Of a stretch of DNA of 59,719 bases, positions 8,323 through 17,198 are shown piece by piece; position 1 is the first letter of the stretch, and every line of letters begins with the position of its first letter. Location of the stretch: assembly GCA_964556475.1 (NCBI GenBank), contig CAZKVU010000005.1:1-59719 (forward strand). Direction: 5' to 3'. The stretch is from an uncultured Gammaproteobacteria bacterium. Its GTDB lineage: Bacteria > Patescibacteriota > Microgenomatia > UBA1406 > HO2-37-13b. A model generated the notes under the pieces. It was given only the letters and a program-made list of their open reading frames with translations, did not search any database and was not told the DNA's origin. The position numbers were made by a program, and so were the translations under genes.

Positions 8323-10041
8323 TTAGAAGAGCTTGAGCTGACTTTTCTTCTCCTGCCTTCGCCTCCGTTGTTGAATTATTTGTTGCATTGCGGGATCTTT
8401 AGTCAGATAAAATTTTGAAGCCTCCAACTGTTTCAAAAATCGGGATGGTTTCTGTATGTTTTTATGACGAAACTGCGTTGTAAGTATATGCAACTGCTGA
8501 CCTGCACGCGTCATGCCAACATATAACAGTCTTTTTTCTTCGTCGATATTAATTGCAGGATTGTTTGAAGAGTGTTTTTTTTTGAAAAAAGGAATGATAC
8601 CTTCATCACAGCCAATAATGAAAACATAAGGAAATTCGAGCCCTTTTGAAGCATGTAATGTGGAAAGAGTGACTCGATCTGCGCGATCATCGTAATAGTG
8701 AGTTTCTTCTATATGACGGATATAAGCAAAGAATGACTCGAGCGGTTTTTCAAAACGATCGAAGTTCATAAGTAAACTTCGCAACTCCTTAATATATTTT
8801 GATTCAATGCGGTCTTCATCTTCACCACTATTTTCATATTGTGCAAGAAATTCGGATAATTTGATTTTAGAATCGGGTTCCTCTGTATAAATATTTTCCA
8901 TCTCATTAATAATATTCTCAATATCCGGTCGTTCAAATAGCGAATTCCCTCCAACTCGTTGAAATGGAATTGATGATTTTTCTAGCGCTGCTTCTATTTG
9001 TCTACCGATATGATGAGTCCGATACAACACTGCAATATCTGAAAAACGCACAAATTTTTCGTGTGAATCGTGTTTCCTCTTTGAGGAAGTTTCTGATGCT
9101 TTTATCAAATCTGAACCGCCAATTAATTCATCAATCATTTGAGCAACATATTGAGCTTCTGAAAATTCATCGATCGTTTGAATGACATGCACAGTATTTT
9201 GATCTACATCAGATTTAGGCAAAGATTTTGGTAAAGCCATTTTGGGAAATAACGATGAGCTTGCACGGACAATCTCAGCAGTCGAGCGATAATTTGTTTC
9301 AAAAAAAACCTCGGAATGCTGTGGAAAATCTGTTCTAAATTCATTAAAAATATCCGGATGTGCGCCTTGGAAAGCATAAATAGATTGAAGAGGATCTCCA
9401 ATAACAAAAAAATTATTATCAACCGGTCGTAGTAGCTTTAAACATTCATATTGCAGGGCATTTGTATCTTGGAATTCATCAATAAGAACATGAGAGAATT
9501 GCATCTTTGTATCATCCAAATCCTGAAGTAACTTCGCATAAAATTTAATGAGGATATCATCGTAATCAATGAGTTCGAGCTGTTGCAATGCTTTATTATA
9601 TCGATCAATACGTGTGGCCCATTGATTAAGAATATCTTTTTTTAAAGCTTGAAGACGTTTATGCTGCGAAAGCAGAAGTAACGCGTCTCGTGCTGATGAC
9701 GTACTGATTTTAAGCTCTCTTACCAGAGAAGAGCGCTGGATATCTGTTGCAATTTGCACTCCTTCGAATTCATCAGATATATATGAATAGGCCAATCCGT
9801 GAAATGTGTTCACAGTAGACGCTTTATCGACAATATGATGTAATCTGTTTTTGATTTCTTCTGCAGCCTTCGTTGTGAAAGTTAAAGCACATATGGATTC
9901 CGGATTAACATTCTTTTCAGTTATCAGATGAAGAATGCGCGAAACCAGCGTTCGCGTTTTGCCCGTTCCCGGTCCTGCAATAATCAATATAGGGCCATTG
10001 GGTAATTCAACTGCATATTGTTGCTGAGAATTAAGATTCAT
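8323..10041 (-). CDS. UvrD/PcrA-like superfamily 1 DNA helicase (short, 572 aa)
   Basis: Walker A AGPGTGKT, motif II DEFQDTN, then TNYRS, TLHASKGLEF and LLYVGMTRA. Confidence 0.8.
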   Translation of the reverse strand: MNLNSQQQYAVELPNGPILIIAGPGTGKTRTLVSRILHLITEKNVNPESICALTFTTKAAEEIKNRLHHIVDKASTVNTFHGLAYSYISDEFEGVQIATDIQRSSLVRELKISTSSARDALLLLSQHKRLQALKKDILNQWATRIDRYNKALQQLELIDYDDILIKFYAKLLQDLDDTKMQFSHVLIDEFQDTNALQYECLKLLRPVDNNFFVIGDPLQSIYAFQGAHPDIFNEFRTDFPQHSEVFFETNYRSTAEIVRASSSLFPKMALPKSLPKSDVDQNTVHVIQTIDEFSEAQYVAQMIDELIGGSDLIKASETSSKRKHDSHEKFVRFSDIAVLYRTHHIGRQIEAALEKSSIPFQRVGGNSLFERPDIENIINEMENIYTEEPDSKIKLSEFLAQYENSGEDEDRIESKYIKELRSLLMNFDRFEKPLESFFAYIRHIEETHYYDDRADRVTLSTLHASKGLEFPYVFIIGCDEGIIPFFKKKHSSNNPAINIDEEKRLLYVGMTRAGQQLHILTTQFRHKNIQKPSRFLKQLEASKFYLTKDPAMQQIIQQRRRRQEKKSQLKLF

Positions 10042-10045
10042 TATG

Positions 10046-11368
10046 CTACAGTAAGCTTATTTGTCCACTTCTGACGACATCTTTGTCACTTTCATTGAAT
10101 ATTTTTACGGTGCCGAATACTCCATCATATCCCGGCTTAATAACTATATCTTTGCTTCGTAATTTATTAATCGCACGAGCAAGCATTTCAAAGCCATGTT
10201 TTTCCATCTCGCTTGTTGGGGTATGGCGAAGAATAGTGAATTCATCACCGAATGTGGCAATAACTTTTTCATATTCGGTAACTGCTGACTTTGCCGACGT
10301 GCTGCTAACTCCTTTAATTTCAGCAATGATTTCGATGAGTGGTACGATATATTCGACAGTCTTATGTTTTTTAGGAGTGTATGATTCATCTCTATCTGCA
10401 AGTTCACTTACTCGATTTTCAACACCCACAACGAGTGGTTTATGACAGACAGGGCAAATACCATTGTGTTTTTTTGTTTCAGACGGTTTCATTCTAATAT
10501 TGCAAACACGGTGCCCGTCATAATGATATTTTCCTTCCTGTGGAAAAAATTCTATTGTTCCTATAAAACGATTGTCATTTGTCTTAACTGCATCGATAAT
10601 ATCAAAATAATCAAGCTGTGATTTAATAATATTTGCTTCTCGGGCTAATTTTTGAGGTGAATGAGCATCTGAATTCGAAACCAATGTAATGTTGTCTAAT
10701 TGCGAAAGTCGCCAGTTCATAAATGGATCTGATGATAGCCCTGTTTCAACAGCATAAATATATTCAGCATGATCGCCAAATGCCTCATCAATTGAATCAA
10801 ATCCTGATTTTGATCCGAACATCGCAAACCACGGAGTCCAGATATGAGCTGGTATAAAAAGTGAGTCCGTAGTTATAGAGCGAGATATTTTAAGTAACTC
10901 TTCAGAGTCTAATCCAAGGATTGGCCGGCCGTCTGATTTTATATTACCAATACGAGTGAATGCGGTATTAAGTGCAGAAGCTGTTTCAAAATCAGGCATG
11001 ATAACAATATTATGTAGACGTCGTCCGATACCGCCACGGGTGTAAATGTTGCTAATTTCAACTGAAAGCAGGAAGCGGATCTCGTTTGATTTGCATATTG
11101 CCGGAATAAGCATATCCTGCTTTTCTGCGAACTCATCTTTGAGTTTATACAATCCCGGCTCTGCAGGCTCAAGTTTTTTATATAGCTCGTCAAACCATGC
11201 TGGATGGGTAAAGTCTCCAGTCCCCATGACATTGATGCCTTTAATTTTGCCCCATGTATACAGTTCTTCTATATTAAGATGCTTACTTGTCGCGCGGGAG
11301 TGATGTGAATGTATGTGAAGGTCAACAATTCGTTCTTTTATATCGTGTGATGATGTCGTCGTACTCAT
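10046..11368 (-). CDS. PHP-domain nuclease, endonuclease Q (EndoQ)-like
   Basis: 440 aa with N-terminal DLHIHSHHSRATS, further His/Asp PHP motifs and a Cys-rich segment (GICPVCHKPL, upstream C at RVCNI). Its stop lies 4 nt upstream of the helicase start. Confidence 0.55.
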   Translation of the reverse strand: MSTTTSSHDIKERIVDLHIHSHHSRATSKHLNIEELYTWGKIKGINVMGTGDFTHPAWFDELYKKLEPAEPGLYKLKDEFAEKQDMLIPAICKSNEIRFLLSVEISNIYTRGGIGRRLHNIVIMPDFETASALNTAFTRIGNIKSDGRPILGLDSEELLKISRSITTDSLFIPAHIWTPWFAMFGSKSGFDSIDEAFGDHAEYIYAVETGLSSDPFMNWRLSQLDNITLVSNSDAHSPQKLAREANIIKSQLDYFDIIDAVKTNDNRFIGTIEFFPQEGKYHYDGHRVCNIRMKPSETKKHNGICPVCHKPLVVGVENRVSELADRDESYTPKKHKTVEYIVPLIEIIAEIKGVSSTSAKSAVTEYEKVIATFGDEFTILRHTPTSEMEKHGFEMLARAINKLRSKDIVIKPGYDGVFGTVKIFNESDKDVVRSGQISLL

Positions 11369-11444
11369 GAGGTTATTCTACTATATTAAGTATGATTCCG
11401 AATCTGCTTGACTTTTTATCAATACCTACAGTATTGTTATATGT

Positions 11445-12284
11445 ATGAGTGATGAAAACGGTGTTTCGATTGGTGCCCCGTTACAAGGACGAATGGCTGA
11501 ACAAGCAAGAATTGATGCTGATAGAGCTGCATCTCGTTCGAGAGAAGCAGCTGGAGCATGGAGACAGGCTAATCTTGATATGAAGGCCCAAGCTTTACAA
11601 GACCAAGGGTGGGAATCAGATCCACAATATCAGCGATCTGAAGCGCCATCATTAGCCGACAGAAATAGAGCGCGAGCAAATCGATACGTAACCGCTGCCG
11701 ATCTCGAAGCTGATCCATATGCAGCGATGGATCGCGCAGCTGCATTGGCTGGAAAAAATCCTCTTGATCGATTGCCGAAATTTGATGAGGATGGTTTACC
11801 GTCGAAAAAGAGAACCGAAGCACCTCGTGTACCTATGCCAGAAGCACCAGTACTTATGGAGCTTGATGATAATCCGGAAACTGCTTTACAACAATTAGGT
11901 GGAATGTTTAGGAATGCTTTAGGTGCTCTTGATCGATGGAGAACACGACGAGCAGAGAGAAGAGGAGCAACAGCCCCAGCAACTGGAACAACAACATCAG
12001 GAGCTGAACCAGCACGAGGAATCTTAGCAGATGTGGCAGGTAGAAGTGAACAACCGGCCGCCTCAATCCCAGATACAGTGGCAAGTATTGCACCTGATGT
12101 TACAGGCTCAGACCCTGAACTTGCTGGAATTTTTGCACAGCTACACGAACATGCCGCTGGTTGGAATAACCCTGCGCGTGAACCTGTTTCAGGTGAAATG
12201 CCCGACGTTAATCAGCCGGATGCTACGCCAGCAATAGCCCCAATCGCTGAAGCACCTGCCGCTGAAGTAAGTCAAGCTGCTTAA
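11445..12284 (+). CDS. Hypothetical Ala/Arg/Pro/Asp-rich, probably disordered protein; compositionally atypical gene
   Basis: 279-aa ORF with no TM and no recognisable domain. Two 60-nt lines I counted (11941-12000, 12061-12120) are 53% and 50% G+C, against 20-40% in lines counted elsewhere. Confidence 0.5.
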   Translation: MSDENGVSIGAPLQGRMAEQARIDADRAASRSREAAGAWRQANLDMKAQALQDQGWESDPQYQRSEAPSLADRNRARANRYVTAADLEADPYAAMDRAAALAGKNPLDRLPKFDEDGLPSKKRTEAPRVPMPEAPVLMELDDNPETALQQLGGMFRNALGALDRWRTRRAERRGATAPATGTTTSGAEPARGILADVAGRSEQPAASIPDTVASIAPDVTGSDPELAGIFAQLHEHAAGWNNPAREPVSGEMPDVNQPDATPAIAPIAEAPAAEVSQAA

Positions 12285-12336
12285 CGAACTCACATAGTGT
12301 ATACTGTTGCTTACGTTATTTATTCTTAATTCTGTT

Positions 12337-12831
12337 ATGGATTCAAAAAAAATAGCAATTGGGATTGTCGCACTAGGCTTAGTAGGATTCGTCGCTTTCA
12401 AATTACTTGGAAATTCCCAATCACCAAAGAAGGAAGGATCGATGGAATCAACACAAACACAAGCACAAACCGAATCAACAAATAATCTGGAAAATGACGT
12501 AAAAGTTGAAAAAGCTGATACAACTTCTTCCTCCGAATACAAAGATGGAGAATATACCGCTGTTGGTTCGTATAAAGCCCCTCCCGGTACAGAAAAAATA
12601 GGCGTCACAGTAACACTTAAGGATGGAATTATTACAGAATCATCATTAGACAAACTTGGCAAAGCTGAATTAAGTAAAAAAATGCAGGCGGCTTTTGAAT
12701 CAGGATATAAGGAGCTTGTAATTGGAAAGAAAATTGACGATATTGATCTCGATGTCGTTGCAGGCTCAAGCCTTACACCAAACGGATTCGAAAATGCTCT
12801 CGACCAAATCAAACAACAGGCAAAATCTTAA
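12337..12831 (+). CDS. FMN-binding (FMN_bind) domain protein, membrane-anchored/secreted
   Basis: The ORF track starts at TTG 12307; the ATG at 12337 gives MDSKKIAIGIVALGLVGFVAF. YKDGEYTAVGSY and DVVAGSSLTPNG resemble the flavinylation motif D-x-x-S-G-A-T. The next gene is apbE. Confidence 0.55.
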   Translation: MDSKKIAIGIVALGLVGFVAFKLLGNSQSPKKEGSMESTQTQAQTESTNNLENDVKVEKADTTSSSEYKDGEYTAVGSYKAPPGTEKIGVTVTLKDGIITESSLDKLGKAELSKKMQAAFESGYKELVIGKKIDDIDLDVVAGSSLTPNGFENALDQIKQQAKS

Positions 12832-13714
12832 ATCGCAACCCCATAGCTTTTCTTACGAATCCATGGGCACATGGTGGAAAATATCGATATGGCAGTCCTC
12901 TTCTTCTCAAAAAATAGAGGAGCACAAAAATCATATTAAATCCATGTCTACTCACTTTGATGAGTTATATTCTCGATTCGTCAAACATTCATATATCCTT
13001 GAAACATTCTCAAAAGCAGGAGAATATACGGTGCCGCATGATTTATTTAAAATGCTTGAACTATATAAACGGTTTTTCTCTGCATCAGAAAAAAGAATGA
13101 CGCCGCTGATCGGGCAGGCACTTGCAGATGCCGGATATGATATGGATTATTCTTTTTCCCCGCATGAAATAAGTGATATACCTGACTTTGATGATACTAT
13201 TCAACTCGTGATACCTGATAAAGTAATCGTGGAAAGGCCGGTTATTGTAGATGTCGGTGCGCTCGGAAAAGGATATTTCGTTGAAAAAATTTCACACTAT
13301 CTACAGCTTCAAAATTGTGAACGATTTATGATCGATGGAAGTGGCGATATAGCTTTTTATTCATCAGAACCCGACGATTTCATCACCGTTGGGCTCGAGC
13401 ATCCTCGCGATGCAACACAAGTTATTGGTACTGTACAACTTCGGAGTGATTTTTCAATATGTAGTTCAGGCAGCAATCGTCGTACATGGGGAGGATATCA
13501 TCACATTATCGATCCCACAACAAAGAAATCGCCGGATATGATTATTGCATCATGGGTAATCTGCAAAAATGCAGCACTTGCAGATGGATTGGCAACAAGT
13601 CTTTTTTTAGTACCGCCACAAAAACTCCAGAACGCATTTGAATTTGAATTCGCTATGCTAACAAAAGACATGCTCCTCACACGATCAGATGGTTTTAATG
13701 CGCAGCTCTTCTGA
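12794..13714 (+). CDS. apbE: FAD:protein FMN transferase (ApbE family)
   Basis: Motifs SMGTWW, DVGALGKGY, GYHHIIDPTT and ALADGLATSLF. The start is ambiguous: ATG 12794 overlaps the upstream gene, and ATG 12863 is the alternative. Confidence 0.8.
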   Translation: MLSTKSNNRQNLKSQPHSFSYESMGTWWKISIWQSSSSQKIEEHKNHIKSMSTHFDELYSRFVKHSYILETFSKAGEYTVPHDLFKMLELYKRFFSASEKRMTPLIGQALADAGYDMDYSFSPHEISDIPDFDDTIQLVIPDKVIVERPVIVDVGALGKGYFVEKISHYLQLQNCERFMIDGSGDIAFYSSEPDDFITVGLEHPRDATQVIGTVQLRSDFSICSSGSNRRTWGGYHHIIDPTTKKSPDMIIASWVICKNAALADGLATSLFLVPPQKLQNAFEFEFAMLTKDMLLTRSDGFNAQLF

Positions 13715-13728
13715 TAGAATGAAAATAT

Positions 13729-14454
13729 ATGCCTAACAGCAGCGCTGGATTTTCTACGCTTGGTCTTGCATCCATACTTTTGGCTTTAACCGTATTAGTA
13801 GGGGGTGGATATTTTCTGTTTAGTTCATCACATAAAGCAACAATGCAGGAAACACATATCATTAAGAATACGATAACACCAGATAGCAAGAAAATATCAA
13901 CTAATCCTACTCAGGCCATGACGCAAGGATGTTCCGGAGTCGGAAAAAATCCTAATTTGATGAAGCGATACGAAAACACCGATGCAGTATCGTGTGGTCT
14001 TATCCCCCCGGGGAATTCAAATTCAGCCATTATAGAGAATGTACGTTCTTGTTTAGAAGCTGCACTCGCTAACTGTAAAGTCAGTAAAAGCTATATTTAC
14101 GTTCAGGGCTTTGAGGGTGCTCTTGAATATTTAGTAAACACAAATAACTGTGAAATTCTTATTGAGCGATGGGGCACTATGGAGCCTTATTGCGGATATG
14201 ATATTGGATCCTGTAAGAAACTTTCGACAAACTTCCCGTATGAAATTTGCCCGGGAACGATAGAGCAATCAGACATTGCCCAGCCAAAGGAATTAACAAA
14301 GCAGGAAACTCCGAGTGCTTCAAATACCATGGCATGTGTATCAGAAGCCGATTGTTTCTCAAAAACATCCTGCCCTGAAAGCAAAAAACAATTGTGCTCA
14401 TCGCACCCTGCATGCGTGAATAATAGATGTGTATGCTTAGAAGTATGTCGATAA
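13729..14454 (+). CDS. Hypothetical membrane-anchored Cys-rich protein with C-terminal 6-Cys module
   Basis: 241 aa with an N-terminal TM. The C-terminus CVSEADCFSKTSCPESKKQLCSSHPACVNNRCVC has the same Cys spacing as the 346-717 product. Confidence 0.5.
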   Translation: MPNSSAGFSTLGLASILLALTVLVGGGYFLFSSSHKATMQETHIIKNTITPDSKKISTNPTQAMTQGCSGVGKNPNLMKRYENTDAVSCGLIPPGNSNSAIIENVRSCLEAALANCKVSKSYIYVQGFEGALEYLVNTNNCEILIERWGTMEPYCGYDIGSCKKLSTNFPYEICPGTIEQSDIAQPKELTKQETPSASNTMACVSEADCFSKTSCPESKKQLCSSHPACVNNRCVCLEVCR

Positions 14455-14457
14455 TGT

Positions 14458-15330
14458 ATGAACATCAATAAAATTAAATACGTAAAGTTGATCGGGTCAC
14501 AGATACTCGGTTTTTTTGCGTCGTATTATCTCGTAACGCATGTATTTATTGGTCCAATGCCGATTATTCGTTCTGATTTTCAGGATGATGTTGTTCATTT
14601 GCCTCAAAAAACCGTCGAAGCTGTGAAGAAAGCTCCTGAGCAGATTAAGAAAATTGCTTCGGCAATAAGTTCTTATCAGAAATCACAAACTCAGCAAAAA
14701 CAATCCGACGCTCATGTGCCCCCTCCGTGGATATTTGGACAAGGTCCTTCACCATTACCAACTGCACGGGTTTTTCCGACAACACAAAACCAGCCGACAA
14801 GTATCCCAGAGCCAACATCAATTTTTAGACTTCCTACTAGATCTCAGCAGAATCCGACATCGGGCCCCACAGACATTCCACGAGCTACATCGGTACCACA
14901 AAACACAACGGTTCCAACAAGAGCGCCTCAGCCAACATCAAACCGCCCACCTGAATCAGGTAACGCCAGCCTTGAACAGCAGACAATTGACGAAATAAAC
15001 AAAAGGAGACGAGATGTCGGGCTGAAAGATGTTCGGTTGAATAATGAATTAACGCAGGCAGCACGAAGGCAAAGCGTTGATATGTCGCAAAATAATTTCT
15101 GTGGTCATAATGGTACTGACGGGTCCAACCCATTTCAACGCGCAAAAGATGCTGGGTACACCGGTCGGGCATATGGTGAAACGGTTGCTTGTGGAGCCAG
15201 AACGCCGCTTCAAGCTGTTGATATGTGGTGGAGCAGTCCTCCTCACCATGCTATTCTCACCAACAATGGAATAACGGAAATTGGCCTCGGATGGGTGAAT
15301 GTTTCTCAGACTGCTGTGGTCGGAATGTGA
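14458..15330 (+). CDS. CAP (SCP/PR-1, YkwD-like) domain protein with Pro/Thr/Gln-rich linker
   Basis: 290 aa with an N-terminal TM. The C-terminal domain contains NFCGHNGTDGSNPFQRAKDAGY ... MWWSSPPHHAIL. Confidence 0.7.
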   Translation: MNINKIKYVKLIGSQILGFFASYYLVTHVFIGPMPIIRSDFQDDVVHLPQKTVEAVKKAPEQIKKIASAISSYQKSQTQQKQSDAHVPPPWIFGQGPSPLPTARVFPTTQNQPTSIPEPTSIFRLPTRSQQNPTSGPTDIPRATSVPQNTTVPTRAPQPTSNRPPESGNASLEQQTIDEINKRRRDVGLKDVRLNNELTQAARRQSVDMSQNNFCGHNGTDGSNPFQRAKDAGYTGRAYGETVACGARTPLQAVDMWWSSPPHHAILTNNGITEIGLGWVNVSQTAVVGM

Positions 15331-15342
15331 TATAGTAAAAAC

Positions 15343-17181
15343 ATGACAGATGGGAACGACTATGAAAAACTTGCACGATTGATTCGATCTTACATACTCA
15401 CTTCAACAACAACAGCCGGATCTGGTCATCCAACATCATCACTTTCAGCTGTAGAATTGATGACAGCCCTTATGTTTTCACCATATTTCAAATATGATGT
15501 AGATAATCCTGACAATCCAAATAATGATCGACTTATTTTTTCTAAGGCTCATGCGTCGCCACTTTTATATGCCTTATGGGCGGCAGCCGGTGCTATTCAA
15601 GGTGAAGAATTGCAAACGCTCCGGAAATTTGGCAGCAGACTCGAGGGTCATCCATCAATGGAATTTCCATTAACAGAGCTGTCAGCCGGATCGTTGGGGC
15701 AAGGTTTGTCTGTTGGTGTTGGAATGGCGATGAATGCGATGTATCTTGATAAACTTCCATACAAAACCTATGTGCTATTAGGTGACAGTGAAATGGCTGA
15801 AGGATCAAACTGGGAAGCTCTACAGCTTGCATCGCACTATAAACTGAATAACTTAATCGGTATTCTGGATGTGAACAGGCTCGGGCAGCGTGGTGAAACA
15901 ATGCTCGGACATCATACTGAGACATATCAAAAACGTGTTGAAGCGTTTGGTTGGAAAACAATGGTCATAGATGGGCATAATTTTTCGGAAATTACCGCGG
16001 CTTATGAAGAGGCAAAAAAAAGCGCTAAACCGTCAATGATTATTGCAAAGACACTTAAAGGCAAGGGTGTTTCGTTTATTGAGGATAAAGATAATTGGCA
16101 TGGCAAAGCATTATCGAACGACGAATTGCAGAAAGCACTTCAGGAATTAGGTGATATTGATGATAATATTCGCGGAAAAATCATAAAACCTGAAAACAAA
16201 CCACCTTCACAGGGCGATGTAAAGCTGGCAACTCCGTTACAACCAGACGACCACACAAAGACACTCGCAACAAGAAAAGCATACGGTCATGCGCTTATAA
16301 AAATTGCACAGGAAAACCCTGATCTTGTTGTTGTTGATGCGGAGGTGAGCAATTCTACTTACTCAGAATTTATGAAGGAGTATTTTCCACAGCGTTTTTT
16401 TGAAATATTTATTGCTGAACAGAATATGGCAGGAGTCGCGCTTGGACTCGCACTCCGTAAAAAAATAGTCTTTGCTTCTACGTTTGCTTCATTTTGGACG
16501 CGTGCATACGATCAAATCAGAATCGCTCAATATAATAATGTTCCACTTCATTTTGTCGGATCACATGCAGGAGTTTCTATTGGCGAAGATGGTTCAAGTC
16601 AAATGGGGTTGGAAGACATAAGCATGTTTAGAACACTCTTAAGAAGTACAGTTATATATCCTGCAGATCATATTTCTACAGAAAAATTAGTTGCACAAAT
16701 CTCTCGGCATAAAGGGATATCTTATATGCGAACGACCCGCATGGATACAGAACCACTTTACAATGAAAACGACGAATTTGTTATAGGTGGAAGCAAAACA
16801 CTTCGATCGAGTGAAAAAGATGATGTGACGATTGTCGCAGCTGGAATCACTCTCTATGAGGCGCTAAAAGCCTACGATGAGCTTAAATCAAAAGGAATTT
16901 CTGCACGAGTTATCGATTTATACAGCATTAAACCAATCGATCATCAAGCTCTTGAGAAAGCTGCACATGAAACGAAAGTGATTATCACTGTTGAAGATCA
17001 TTTTGAAGAGGGAGGGCTTGGCGAAGCAGTTTCATCAGCGCTAAAATCATCTACAGCTTCAATTTATTCACTCGCGGTTCGCAAAACACCGAGAAGCGGT
17101 AAACCCGCAGAACTTCTCGACTTTGAAGAAATTTCTGCGCCTCACATTGTTCAGAAAGTCATGCAGGTTGTCAGGAAATAA
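15343..17181 (+). CDS. tkt: Transketolase (single-chain)
   Basis: 612 aa with GSGHPTSSLS, the TPP-binding GDSEMAEGSNWEA, and pyrimidine-binding plus C-terminal domains present. Confidence 0.9.
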   Translation: MTDGNDYEKLARLIRSYILTSTTTAGSGHPTSSLSAVELMTALMFSPYFKYDVDNPDNPNNDRLIFSKAHASPLLYALWAAAGAIQGEELQTLRKFGSRLEGHPSMEFPLTELSAGSLGQGLSVGVGMAMNAMYLDKLPYKTYVLLGDSEMAEGSNWEALQLASHYKLNNLIGILDVNRLGQRGETMLGHHTETYQKRVEAFGWKTMVIDGHNFSEITAAYEEAKKSAKPSMIIAKTLKGKGVSFIEDKDNWHGKALSNDELQKALQELGDIDDNIRGKIIKPENKPPSQGDVKLATPLQPDDHTKTLATRKAYGHALIKIAQENPDLVVVDAEVSNSTYSEFMKEYFPQRFFEIFIAEQNMAGVALGLALRKKIVFASTFASFWTRAYDQIRIAQYNNVPLHFVGSHAGVSIGEDGSSQMGLEDISMFRTLLRSTVIYPADHISTEKLVAQISRHKGISYMRTTRMDTEPLYNENDEFVIGGSKTLRSSEKDDVTIVAAGITLYEALKAYDELKSKGISARVIDLYSIKPIDHQALEKAAHETKVIITVEDHFEEGGLGEAVSSALKSSTASIYSLAVRKTPRSGKPAELLDFEEISAPHIVQKVMQVVRK

Positions 17182-17198
17182 GTTAGTCTATTAGTAGC

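Noticed and set aside
12189-12812. 207-aa minus-strand ORF
   Set aside because: It lies antisense to the 3' end of the G+C-rich gene and to the whole FMN-binding gene. It encodes a Ser/Phe-rich low-complexity product, so it is probably a shadow ORF created by the G+C-rich or codon-biased sense strand.
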